A stretch of 64,000 nucleotides of DNA from Octopus vulgaris (lineage: Eukaryota), in NCBI GenBank assembly GCA_951406725.2, contig OX597833.1, forward strand, positions 46,128,001 through 46,192,000, given 5' to 3'. The notes below the pieces were generated by a model that was not told where the DNA came from, ran no database searches, and saw only the letters and a program-made list of their open reading frames with translations. Of the stretch, positions 41,046-54,537 are shown piece by piece (the first letter of the stretch is position 1; the number at the start of each line of letters is the position of its first letter). A program made the position numbers and the translations under genes.

Positions 41046-41727
41046 AACTGAATACTGTCTCTTATTGCAGCATATTATATAAGAATACCTTTGTCCAATG
41101 TGCTATAGCTTCTTCTTTCCTATTTTTACGGTGACATAATATTTGATTTTAAGGATATTTGGTTATTATTTTTAGCATAATCGTGCCACCATGCAAAAGC
41201 TCTTTTGGTGATTTTTAGAAGATATATTTGTGGTCTGAAAGGCATTCCAAAACGTGACTATCCCATTCCTTCTCCAGCCACACTGTATATAAAATCAAGT
41301 CATCCAATGAATCCTTTTTTTTTCATAACAGTAGGATGTATGATTTGAGGGAAATTTAGCTGCTATTTCTAATAGGTCGAATGATAGCGTTGTGGCTCCA
41401 TAATTGACTCAGTCAATCTATTTACCATATTTTTCGACATACAAGTCAAATATTTCAGACCAAAATTTACAACCAAAATATCAAAAAATGACGTAGGTCG
41501 ACTTATACGCCAAGACGACTTTGGAGGACCAAAAATTCCATATGAAATATAACAGGATTTGGAAAGATAGTGACGACTATGTTCACTCTACGTGTTTGAA
41601 TGCTCACCTTACATGTTTATACTATATGTTTGCACTATATACATCATCGACTTGCATACCAAAACATACGGTATTATTGAATGACACAACTGGCAAAATG
41701 GCGGATGAAATGCTTTGCTTTTTGATA

Positions 41728-42154
41728 TTTACTCTTTTACTCTTTACTCTTTTAGTTGTTTCAGTCATTTGACTGCGGCGATGCTGGAGCACCGCCTTTA
41801 GTCGAGCAAATCGATCCCAGGACTTATTCTTTGTAAGCCCAGTACTTATTCTATCGGTCTCTTTTGCCGAACCGCTAAGTGACGGGGACGTAAACACACC
41901 AGCATCGGTTGTCAAGCAATGCTAGAGGGACAAACACAGACACACAAACATATACACACACATACATACGTATATATATATACATATATACGACAGGCTT
42001 CTTTCAGTTTCCGTCTACCAAATCCACTCACAAGGCTTTGGTCGGCCCGAGGCTATGGCAGAGGACACTTTCCCAAGATGCCACGCAGTGGGACTGAATC
42101 CAGAACCATGTGGTTGGTAGGCAAGCTACTTACCACACAGCCACTCCTGCGCCT
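41728..42154 (-). mobile_element. SINE A, full length
   Basis: Matches the family. Confidence 0.9.
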
Positions 42155-42652
42155 ATAGTTACTGTGCTGTATGTTGTATGTTCAAATTCTGTCCAGTAAG
42201 AATTTGCTTTCTATTCCTCCAGGAATGATAAAAATAATGTACCAGTCGCGTACTGGGGTTGATTATATGAGCTATATGTGTATAGCAATAGCGAAAAGCA
42301 AATCCTAATGTGACCTTGTGGCGAAGTTAGATACAATATTAAACAGTTTATTTACATTTTATATTCATTTTCTGATTAAACAGCAACAAAGAATTTGTTT
42401 GTTATGTAATTAACATATGTTAATGATTTTCCCCTCCTCGCCTACTTTCTTTTCTTTTTTTCTCCATTTCCTTTTATTTAGTTTTTATCTTTTTTATGTT
42501 TGTTTTGTTTTTATTTATTTGTGTGTTTGTTTGTTTGTTTGTTTGTTTGTTTGTTTGTTTGTTTGTTTGTTTGTTTGTTTGTTTGTTTGTTTTTACAAAT
42601 GTTGGGAGATTAGTAAAAACAGTTTTGTTTTTTTTCTCTACAGAAAATAGGA

Positions 42653-42699
<47 letters not shown>

Positions 42700-42796
42700 G
42701 GAGAGAGTGGGAAAGAAAGAAAATAAGGAAGAAAGAAAGAAAGAAACAAACAAACAAACAAACAAACAACTTGTACGAGGGGAAGGGAGGAGGTGG

Positions 42797-42958
42797 AAGA
42801 AGAAGAAGAAGAAGAAGAAGAAGAAGAAGAAGAAGAGGAGGAAGAAGAAGAGGAGGAGGAAGAAGAAGAAGAAGAAGAAGAAGAAGAAGAAGAAGAAGAA
42901 GAAGAAGAAGAAGAAGAAGAAGAAGAAGAAGAAGAAGAAGAAGAAGAAGAAGAAGAAG
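42797..42958. repeat. (GAA)n tract within a long purine-rich stretch
   Basis: Direct reading. Confidence 0.95.
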
Positions 42959-43676
42959 GGCAATTTGCTAGAGAATGGAAGAGATACAAGAAAGAGTGAC
43001 AGAAACAGTTAGAAAAGAGAGAGAGAGAGAGGGGGGAGTGAGAGAGAGAAGGTGGAGTGAGATGGTAGAAATAAGAAGTAAAAGCGGGGTAAAGTGAGAT
43101 AGATATTTATATATTGAAAGAGAGAAAAAGAGGGGGAAAAAAAGAGAAGATGAGACAGACCTACTTCAGATACAAAGAAACCATGACGGCGTGGACTTTA
43201 AGATGAAAATATTGACGAAAGAGAGAGAGAGAGGAAGCGAGACGGTGATGAAGATGGTAAACAAGAGAGGTCTTTATATTAGTTGAAATGTAAGAGGGAT
43301 AAGGATAAATACACAAAAAAGATAGAATCATATTTATAAGGAGTAGGAATGAGAGAGACAGAAAGAGAGAGAGAGGGGGGGAGAAGAGGGAAAGACGGAT
43401 AGAGAAAGAAACACTGATAGAAAGACAAAATGGTTCCCGCTCAGACAGAATGGGTGAAAGGTAGAGGAAGAAAGGAATAGACGGACAAAAGCTTAAGCGT
43501 TATTAACACACTCCTGAGTCGAAAGTGTATAGATTCTCTAATATATGTTAATATATGTAAAGAAGAACAGAGGAAAAGAAAACTCACAACGGTGTATTTG
43601 AAATAAGTTATCTTGAGTGTTATGTTCTCTAATGTTCAGTGTAATTGTTGTTTAATGTTAGATTAATCCTGGTCGA

Positions 43677-44165
43677 GTGGAGGCGCAATGGCTCAGTGGT
43701 TAGGGCAACGGACTCGCGGTCGTTGGATAGCGGTTTCGATTCCCAGACCGGGCGTTGTGAGTGTTTATTGATCGAAAACACCTAAAGCTCCACGAGGCTC
43801 CGGCAGGGGGTGCTAGTGAATCCTGCTGTACTCTTTCGCCACAACATTCTCCCACTTTTTCTTCTTGTTTCTGTTGTACCTGTATTTCAAAGGGCCAGCC
43901 TTGTCACACTCTGTGTCACGCTGAATCTCCCTGAGAACTACGTTAAGGATGTACTCAGCACGTTAATAAACGAGCTGCGACGTCACTAGTGCCAAACTGT
44001 ATCGGCCTTTACCTTTCCCTTGGATAACATCGGTGGCATGGAGAGGGGAAGCTGGTATGCGTGGGTGACTGCTGGTCTTCCATAAACAACTTTGCCCAGA
44101 CTTGTGCCTCGGAGGGTAACTCTCTAGGTGCAATCCCATGGTCATTCATAACCGAAGGGGGTCAC
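43677..44165 (+). mobile_element. SINE C head and body with an alternative 3' module
   Basis: Matches SINE C up to ...GAGAACTACGTTAAGG (~43948), then a different module also seen at ~5286-5388. Confidence 0.8.
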
Positions 44166-44662
44166 AGCAACAAGTCCTGGCCGAGCAGATCTATCAACGA
44201 AATCACGCTAGCCGTGACCATCTTGTTCTGTTTTTTTTTCTTTAAAGTACAAAGCATGCAGTACTATATCATACAATATATCCTGTCATGTTTTCAAATG
44301 GTTAGATGTGATTTGACAGAGATTTAGCTACTATTTCTAACATATCGAGTGGCGCTATAGAGGTATCCTCGAAAAAGAAACTACCCCAAGGTTGCGCTAA
44401 GGAGTACGAGTATTTGTTAAAACAACCTCCTGTACAGTCTGATATACGTTTATTTATGCGCAGAATGAAGAAAGATCGTGCATTTCCATATCATGGCTCC
44501 GTAAACAAGGAATACACCTTCCTCCTTCCTGGATCGTCGTTTCATTGAATCGATCCACTGACTTACATCAATGAATCAGAAATAAATAAACCGTATCTTT
44601 TCACCTTGCTAATAAGTATAATGTCAAGCAAAATAACAGAGCATCGAACAAAATACATACAT

Positions 44663-44743
<81 letters not shown>

Positions 44744-44877
44744 AAAAAAATACAAACTGGGACAAGAACGCAAAACATTTAGAAGACGATACAAAAAACA
44801 CGGACGGGACATTCGAAGCCTTCAATCTTCAGTCAAGAACCGGATCATCCTAGATAATTTCGGCATATAGATAGATT

Positions 44878-44922
<45 letters not shown>

Positions 44923-45094
44923 CTAGATAGATAGACAGACAGACAACTTACTTGGAAAAGGATGAGTGGCGTTCGATCATATATAATATAAATAATATAT
45001 AAATATATGTATATATACATACATATATATACATACCTACATATATATATATATTTAAAAAAGGAGATGTGGAACACGAGTTGTGATATATAAA

Positions 45095-45296
45095 AAGGAA
45101 ATGAAGAAAGGCTGACAAAATAATTTAAGTAAGGAGAGTGTATTTAATAAGAGAAAAAACTATCAGAAAGGAACTCTATCTCTCTTAAAAATATCTTTTG
45201 ATAAGCATAACAAATGCGCAACCGGTAAAAAGAACTTTCACCTAATTAAATACACTCTCCTTACTTAAATTATTTTGTATTTTCTTCATTTCCTTA
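45095..45296 (+). mobile_element. (TA)n-flanked fold-back element with hammerhead-like motif
   Basis: 34-bp perfect inverted arms 45115-45148 / 45245-45278; TTGATAA-GCAT-AACAA-ATGC-GCAACCGGTA at ~45198-45227. Confidence 0.55.
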
Positions 45297-45298
45297 TA

Positions 45299-45356
<58 letters not shown>

Positions 45357-45357
<1 letters not shown>

Positions 45358-45680
45358 ACGCAGGACATCAAAAAAACCTTGAATACAATGAGAAACGAAA
45401 ACATAAAAGCAAAAACATGGAAACCAACTATTTTTCAAACAACGAAAAAACAGAGTACAAGACATACAACACAAGGAATATTCCCCTTCTTCAGTTGTCC
45501 CTGTTTCGTCTACTCCGCGTTACGAAGGTAGGGTCAAGAAGCGACTTCGTTGAAACAATCCTTCCTGCAAAGTAAATTAAATAAAATTTGGGATTTTTTG
45601 TGGAGGGGTAAAAGTGGTAACAAGAACAGGACAGTAAGAACAAAACAGGAGAGTAAAAGCAATACAAGTAAAAACAGGAA
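45357..45680 (-). mobile_element. (TA)n-flanked element related to 12735-13345
   Basis: Shared ~34-bp block and the same overall layout; CTGAAGA motif on the minus strand. Confidence 0.55.
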
Positions 45681-45776
45681 AAGGCACTTACCGAAAATGC
45701 TGCACAACAGGATCGAACCCATGATCATGTAATTTCGAACGAAAATTATAGCAACACGGCACTCATATACCCACAA

Positions 45777-45834
<58 letters not shown>

Positions 45835-46467
45835 GCACGCACACTTATATATCGTACCTTTCTCTGACATGTTGATTAGAAAATGAAACTAATTTAATAT
45901 CGAAAATTAGAAGCGCAAAGAGTAGCTGCACTTGTATGTGTATGTTTGTATGTATGACTGAATATATATAGATAGATAGATATATAGATAGATAGATACA
46001 TACATAGATAGATAGATAGATAGGTATTATATAGGTATGTATATATTTACGTGTAAATGTCTGTACGAGTGAGTGTGTGCATATGTGCACGTATGTGTGC
46101 GTTTGGGAGATATACATACATACATAACGTAGACATACATAAGAGAGAGGGGGGAGGAAGCGAGACAGAGAGAGAATACAGTAAAGAGTTTGCGAATGGT
46201 TTCCTTAATTGGATAACCGATATTATATGACAGTATATATCACCGAGGTCATCCAACGGTGTGATAAATCAATTCGTCATTGGTCGGGGAGGTGAAGATA
46301 CACCTGTGTTATTACATCCAGTAAATTGATAATACCCATGAACGTGTGTCTGTGGTGTGTATTTGTGTGCATGAGTGTATATACATATATACATATATAC
46401 ATATAAACCACATACATAAATATACAAATACGAATGTATACACAAACACACACACATACACACATAA

Positions 46468-46502
<35 letters not shown>

Positions 46503-46539
46503 TGTATGTATGTATGTATGTATGTATGTATGTATGTGG

Positions 46540-46851
46540 TGGAGGTGATATGGCCCAGTAGTTAGGGCAGCGGACTCGCGGTCGGAGGATCGCGGTTTCG
46601 ATTCCCAGACAGGGCGTTGTGAGTCTTTATTGAGTGAAAACTACTAAAGCTCCACGATGCTCCGGCAGGGGGTGGTGGCGATCCCTGCTGTACTCTTTCG
46701 CCACAACTTTCTCTCACTCTTTCTTCTGTTAGCCTGCTCGCTTAGCCAGCGGGGTGGCGTCATTTGAAGGCTAAATCAATGCGAAGCGCATTGTGAAAAG
46801 CGATGTATAGCAACATCTGATAGACTGGTCGGTCACGGAGATCACGGTGAT
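46540..46851 (+). mobile_element. SINE C head with a third type of 3' module
   Basis: Matches SINE C to ~46729, then AGCCTGCTCGCTTAGCCAGCGGGGTGGCG...GGTCACGG. Confidence 0.8.
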
Positions 46852-47536
46852 ATGTATGTATTTATATGAATTTAGTAGTTAGGGTATTCGGCTCACAATC
46901 GTAAGATGGTGAGTTCGATTCCCAGCGTTAAGTCCTTCAGCAAAACACTTTCTTTCTTTCGCGTTGCTCCGGTTCTCTCAGTTGGCAAAAAGGACCGTGC
47001 TTACCACATTCTGTGCCACGCTGAATCTCCTTGAGATTAAGGTACGCGTTAAGGGTACGCGTATCCGTGGAGTGCTCAACCACTTGCACGTTAATTTCTC
47101 CTATGGGTGGGACCTGATTCTTTCTGAAAACAACATTCAATACCGAAAACAGTGGATATTCATTTGAATATAAAGCAGACACTCGTATATAGGTATGTAT
47201 ATATAGTCGTACAAACAAACATACATACATACATACATACATACATACATACATACATACATACATACATACATACATACATACATACATTCATATGTAC
47301 GTACGTACATACGTACTTATGTACGTACGTAAGGTATTGAATGTTTCTATTCAGAAAGAATCAGCTCCCATCCACAGGAGAATCTAAAATATTTCTTTGC
47401 TTCTAGGTTAGAGACGAGATCTTTGTCCTTTAGTTTGCAATTCAAAGTGAATAAATAAATGAATGAATAAAAACAGAAAAATGTGTGCACGAGTGCGCCT
47501 GTGTATGTGTCTATGTGTGTGTTTGTGTGTGTGTGG

Positions 47537-47575
<39 letters not shown>

Positions 47576-47632
47576 TATGTGTATACATTCATATATACAT
47601 ACATGCATAGATCCATAGATGCAGAGAAAAGA

Positions 47633-47663
<31 letters not shown>

Positions 47664-47782
47664 TAGAGTATGTGTATACATTCATATATACACACATGCA
47701 TAGATGCATAGATACAGAGAAAAGAAGAGAGAACGAAAGAGAGAAAGAGGGGGAGAGAGAGGAGAGAGAGGGAGAGAGGTAG

Positions 47783-47827
<45 letters not shown>

Positions 47828-48591
47828 CGCGTTCTTGAAGAAAACAGAACTTTTGTAGTATACCTTTGCTGAATTTCATGACAAGTGTGGACATGATGAA
47901 ATCAAAATACCAAGGCTCCTTTTTATTTATTTCTTTATTTTTTCAATTATCTTTTGTGCGCGCGCGCGTATTTGTGTGTGGGAGTGAGTGAGTGAGTGAG
48001 TGGTGTATTTTTCGAATTCTTTTCGTCTCATACAATGGTGGGGGCAAAAAAAAAAAACTGAATAAAAATCTGAAATGAGATAACCAAATACAGAGCCGAG
48101 ATAATTTTCCGAAATAAATATGCAATAAATTACACCCTCACTACGTTTCAATCGCTTTGATCTCCGTTTCCCATAAGGTATCTAATTCTTGGATGTGTGC
48201 ACAGCAATGGATCAAATTCTAATTTGGAATCTTTATTTCTAAACCTTAGGATCTTAATACTCTTATCCTGCCCGTATGTATTCCTATTAACAACGCTGGA
48301 TAAATTTTATTTCAAAAGACGAAGACTGTCAAAAGAACAGAAAGAACGACTTTACATTTTCTGGCATACAGTCCAGTGTCTCACCGTTCTAATCTGACTT
48401 AGGTCTTCGCCGTTCTTTAGTTTATATGACGTAACTGTCAGTAAATGCTGTTATGATATGAAAGTATTCCATGTGTTTTAAGCATTGTTGAGAATTGTTA
48501 TATTATTTTACAAGTAAAATAAACAATAGGAAGAGGAAATGGATAGATTGTTACATGTACTTGGTTTGTATATCATTATACATGATTTGAA

Positions 48592-48963
48592 AAGCGGTGA
48601 ACTGGTAGGATCATTAGCACGCCAGGCGAAATGCTTAGCGGTATTCCGTCGGCTGTTACGTTATGAGTTCAAATTCCGCCGAGGTCGACTTTGCCTTTCA
48701 TCATTTCGAGGTCAATAAATTAAGTACCAGTTACGCACTGATGTCGATATAATCGACTTAATCCGTTTGTCTGTCCTTGTTTGTCCTCTACTAATAAAGG
48801 CGGCGAGCTGGCAGAATCGTTTACACGCCGGGCGAAATGCTTAGCGGTATTTCGTATGCCGTTACGTTCTGAGTCTAAATTCCACCGAGGTCGACTTTGC
48901 CTTTCATCCTTTCGAGGTCGATTAAATAAGTACCAGTTACGCACTATATAATCGACTTAATCC
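48592..48963 (+). mobile_element. Two adjacent SINE B copies
   Basis: Heads at ~48592 and ~48799, each followed by a core. Confidence 0.85.
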
Positions 48964-49199
48964 AATTTTAGCAGGATTTAGTAAGGAAGGTATGGTACTA
49001 ACCTTTCTAGGAAACTGGAACCAATTTTTCTAAGAAATGATAGTTGCGATAAACACATCTTATTCATAGAAATTTTTAATATCACATTCTACTACAAGCA
49101 CAAGACCTGAAATTTGGGTGGGGCCTAAGTCGATTACATTTACCCAAGTGCTCAACTGGTACTTATTTTATCGACTCCGAAAGGACGAAATGCACTACA

Positions 49200-50108
49200 C
49201 AGGGTGTTCGAGCTAAATTTGACAGTCCGCATAAAAGGAAAAGAAAGCACAACGTCCCATCTAAAACTGAAAGGATTTTAAAAAATCAAAGAAATACCTA
49301 CTAGATTATGGCTGAGAAATAACAGTTGACTGAAAGTAGCCACCCTTAGCTTCTACCATGGCCTCAAGACGGCTCCGGAACCTGACGCATGCGTTCCTCA
49401 CTGTGTTCCTGCGAAGATCTTAGAACACTTCTTCCATTTTGGCTACCAGCTCGGCTTTGGTGTTTCAGGCAAAGTGTTTGGGGTCTTTCTCAATTGCGCC
49501 CCATACAGTAATCCATGGGATTATAATCGGTGAGGATTAGAAGATCAGAAATTACAATCGGTGAAATATAGAAGGTGCTGAAGTCATAGAAATTCTCCAA
49601 CAACCACTTCTGACTCTTTCCAAAGATTTGGTATGGAGCCGAATCCCACTGCCATATATATGGCTTTCCAGTAGCAACCTTTTCCAACCAGGGATTGCCC
49701 GCAGTCTCCAGTAAATTTCACGTAGTCGCCTGAATCGAACCTAAAGCCCTGTTCAGAGAGGCGGGGGATGCATGGTGTCACTTTCACTGGAGTCACTCTC
49801 AGAGGCCTCCACAGCTTAGGGAAACTTGGTTTTCCTAATGTACATGTCATGCTTTACAGCCTTTACAGTGTTCACAGAGCATTGAGCAGAAGTCATGATG
49901 TCGGCATTTTGATACCCGGCGCGAATTATGATACGGGTATCACTTTTCCAGTATTCTGATGGCTTCCAGCCCTCCATGTAAGCTAACTTTTTCTCAACTT
50001 CAAGTTTAAACATTATGCTCTCTAACTCCGTAGACTGTTCGCCAGTGCATCAAGCTCTTCCTGGAAAATGGATTCATAAAAAATGGTTAAATTTAGCCCG
50101 AATATCGA
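49200..50108 (-). mobile_element. Second maT/DD37D-like Tc1/mariner relic, internally deleted
   Basis: Imperfect TIRs CAGGGTGTTCGAGCTAAATTTGAC / GTTAAATTTAGCCCGAATATC; peptides PYIWQWDSAP...SQKWLLENFYDF...DYNPMDY and an HTH-like IRAGYQNADIMTSAQCSVNTVK. Confidence 0.85.
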
Positions 50109-51162
50109 GTAAAATGGACAAAAAATATGAGTGCTTTTCGCATAGAAAGTTAGAAACGACTAGCGTATTTCGAACACAAATTTGGGCGGGGGGGAAACAT
50201 TAAAAATTTAGAAAATATATATAAACTTGCTTATTTTTCAATATTAGTCATAGTTGCGTGCCACACAATTATGAATAACAATTTTTCAAGGCCTTCACTC
50301 GTTAGTATAGATTTTAAAGCTTTAAGTTTCATTTTAAAAAATCCGTAGCGTCACTATCCACCTCTCGCGTCCTTCAAGTGAAAGGTGTGTTTTTTTATTT
50401 TTATTTTTAAAAACGTTAAGATATTATTCTGCTACTTTTTGCATATCGAGAGTCTGCGAAAAGACATCCATCGTTGGCACAAGAAAGATATTTTACTTCA
50501 AAGCCAACGTACACAAAGAAGTAGAGATGAAAACCCGCAACTAGAGAGGCATGCAGTGCGGTTTCGATTTCTACATCAACTCGGGTCATATCATTTCACT
50601 TGAGTACGTACTTAGCAACTTTGGGAAAGGTATGAATGCTATTTCTTCCCCACTACACACACACACACAAATACACACACACACACGCACAATTTGCACA
50701 CAACGCCTACACAACGACATCTATACACCTCACTTTATCTCATATTCAAGAAATACAGAGCCTTTGTGTCTAATCAAAAGAGATCTTTACAATTCAATTG
50801 CCCTTTGAAAGAAGAGGGCAAGGGGTGACACACACACACACACACACATACGCTCACATGTATGTATGTATATATGTATCAATGAAAAAGGATTCAGAAA
50901 ATATCTCCGAGGTGGGGTAGTATTTATAGAGTAGCTTTCAGGTAGACAAAGGAAACATTTGGCTTGTGTTGAATTGTTGTTAAGAAAGTCATTGTTCTCC
51001 ATGGTTAAAGAGAAGGGGTAAACATGCGCCGTCAACTGACATTTTCAGACAGATGTATGTGCCAGGGCGAACTTCTCTGCTCAACACCAAATACTTTGCG
51101 ATTCATATCAATGCATTTACAGAAACAAAGGGCTGTTTGGTGATGAAACAAAGACCTCCTCC

Positions 51163-51193
<31 letters not shown>

Positions 51194-51283
51194 CTTCTTC
51201 TTCTTCTTCTTCTTCTTCTTCTTCTTCTTCTTCTTCTTCTTCTTCTTCTTCTTCTTCTTCTTCTTCTTCTTCTTCTTCTTCTT
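51163..51283. repeat. (TTC)n tract
   Basis: Direct reading. Confidence 0.95.
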
Positions 51284-51364
51284 TCGGTCTTTCTTTCTCC
51301 CCTTTAACATTATTGTTATAAATAATCATATTATTAATAATAATAATAATAACAACAACAATAA

Positions 51365-51409
<45 letters not shown>

Positions 51410-51494
51410 GTGTTCTTATAAATGATGATTTTTATATTATACCTTTTACAATGGTGTCATTTATGGCAGCGGCTGCAGCAGCAACAGCAGCAGC

Positions 51495-51547
<53 letters not shown>

Positions 51548-51653
51548 ATTTAGCAGTAGTAGTAGTGGTGGTGGTGGTGGTGGTGCCGCCGCCGCCTCTG
51601 CTGCTGTTGATGACGATGATGACGACGATAATGACGACGACGACGACGACGAC

Positions 51654-51684
<31 letters not shown>

Positions 51685-51908
51685 GCTAGGTGGATAACAA
51701 TAAAAATAACTTTGCACAAAAGGGTCAGAATGGCAGTTGTTGGCGTAAAGTCAACATTCCCTCTGAAAATAATGGACTACATTTATAGACAGGATTAGCC
51801 GGGAACCTGTCGGAATTCCAAAGCCAAAACCACTAGCCACGTGCATGGGACACTGTTGAACCTCTGAACTATACAACAAATTCTAAACTATTAAGCCTAT
51901 TCATTTTC

Positions 51909-52333
<425 letters not shown>

Positions 52334-52630
52334 GCCGCTAAGCTGCCAAAACACTGAATTAATACTCAAAGTCAAGAATACGGCTTCCTTTTCGTGTTTA
52401 GAACTAAGGACAATTGACGCAAATTGTTTAAACGAGTATATATAAAATGAATATAAAAGTATTCTTGTTTTTTTTTTTATCGTATGGAATTTCCCATAAA
52501 TTGAATGATAGCTAACTTGAGGCTGTTGAAAATTGTTGTATTATTTTACAAGTATAATAAACAATAGGAAGAGGAAATGGATAGATTGTTACATGTACTT
52601 AACTTGTATATCATTATACATGATTTGAAA

Positions 52631-53273
52631 GGCGGCGAGCTGGTTGAATCGTCAGCACGCCGCGCGAAATACTTAGCGGTATTTCGTCTGCCGTTACGTT
52701 CTGAGTTCAAATTCCGCCGAGATCGACTTTGCCTTTCATCCTTTCGGGGTCGATTAAATAAGTACCTATTTCTTTACTACCCACAAGGGGCTAAACATAG
52801 AGGGGACAAACAAGGACAGACAAACGGATTAAGTCGATTACATCGATCCCCAGTGCGTAACTGGTACTTAATTTATCGACCCCGAAAGGATGAAAGGCAA
52901 AGTCAACCTCGGCGGAATTTGAACTCAGAACTTAACGGCAGACGAAATACGGCTACACATTTCGCCCGGCCTGCTAACGATTCTGCCAGCTCACCGCCCT
53001 AGATTAAATAAGTACCAGTTACGCACTGGGTTCGATATCATCGACTTAATCCGTTTGTCTATCCTTGTTCGTCCCCTCTGTGTTTAGCCCCTTGTGGGTA
53101 GTAAAGAAATAGGTATTTCGTCTGCCATTACGTTCTGAGTTCAAATTCCGCCGAGGTCGATTTTGCCTTTCATCCTTTCGGGGTCGATAAATTAAGTACC
53201 AGTTGTGTACTGAGGTCGATCTAATCGACTGGCCCTGCCACCAAAATTTCGGGCCTTGTGTCTAGAGTAGAAA
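52631..53273 (+). mobile_element. SINE B dimer with an antisense SINE B (52767-52998) nested in it
   Basis: TSD GATTAAATAAGTACC at 52752-52766 and 53002-53016. Confidence 0.92.
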
Positions 53274-53279
53274 AGTTAC

Positions 53280-53462
53280 TAGACTGCGGCCATACTGTGG
53301 CATTCATTGATCCTAGTATTTTTATTTTTTTAACATGGTATTTATTCTATCTGTCTTTTAATGCCGAACCGCTAGAATTACGGGGACGTAAACATATCAA
53401 CACCGATTGTCAAGCGGTGGTGGGGAGGTGCACAAACATACACAGACACAGGCGTACGCACG

Positions 53463-53512
<50 letters not shown>

Positions 53513-53673
53513 TATACACGATGGGTTTCTTTCAGTTTCCGTGTACCAAGTCTATTCACAAGGCTTTGGCCGGCCCGAACCATAGTAAAAGATATTTGCT
53601 TAAAGTGCCATGCTGTAGAACTGAACCTGCAACCATGTAGTTGGGAAGCAAACTTTTTACCACACAGCCACTC

Positions 53674-53680
<7 letters not shown>
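53280..53680 (-). mobile_element. SINE A, degenerate
   Basis: Tail, body and head recognisable. Confidence 0.75.
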
Positions 53681-53714
<34 letters not shown>

Positions 53715-54106
53715 TGTATTCACACACAAGCCTATGTTTCACTGTGTGTGTGTGATTGAATACGTCTGTTAATCGAAGTCTCTAGAGGAAATTAATAAAC
53801 GCTATCGACTGGAATGCACCCCAAACGGATCGATGACGTGAGCATGTATTAAGGACATTTTAGTTACGACAAGCCTTACACTCTACCAATTATTTCACCA
53901 TCACCCAGAGGCCCCCCGAATATCGCCGAACACGACTATATCCCAAATGCTAATGTTAATCATAATGCTGAGCTCTTTTTGGAGATGATTTTAGGCAGTC
54001 CTTCAACCCATTCTTTCGCCAACCCACTCTACCCTCGAAAATTCACTGGCATAATGCATCTGGAACGACACACTACCCTTTTTAGTTTTTTTTCTTAAGA
54101 AAGCAG

Positions 54107-54537
54107 GGATCTTTTCGGTTTGAACGGCAGTTTTTTCTAGCGGTATCATATGAAATTGTCACCCATAATTATGACCCTAGAATCGATCTATTGCATTTCA
54201 ATCTCTTTTAGGGTTAGGGTTAGTTAGGGTTAGTTAGGGTTAGGGTTAGGGTATCTTTTATTCTTCACAAATGTAAATAAACTCAATCTGTTTCTTAAAC
54301 AAGGGACATATTCATACGGCACAGAATGCTTTTTAACTCAATAGACGTCACTGATTGATTGACATTGCAGAAATTGAAGAAAAAAAAACAACAAATATCT
54401 TACAAACTATAGAATTTTCTCAATAAAGCCAAGAGAAAAATATATTTTATAAACACATTCTACCAGTATAGGAAGTTTCAAATTTTTTAGTTACCTAGAA
54501 ATTATGTTAAAAACTGCCGTTCAAACCGAAAAGATCC
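54107..54537. mobile_element. MITE with 29-bp perfect TIRs, 8-bp TSD and internal TTAGGG repeats (Merlin-like)
   Basis: GGATCTTTTCGGTTTGAACGGCAGTTTTT / AAAAACTGCCGTTCAAACCGAAAAGATCC; TSD GAAAGCAG at 54099-54106 and 54538-54545; superfamily inferred from GG ends and 8-bp TSD. Confidence 0.88.

Noticed and set aside
41422-41515. pogo/Tc2-like terminus
   Set aside because: Only a weak partial inverted similarity; no TSD or coding support
54208-54251. Chromosome end or fusion scar
   Set aside because: Lies inside a TIR- and TSD-bounded element
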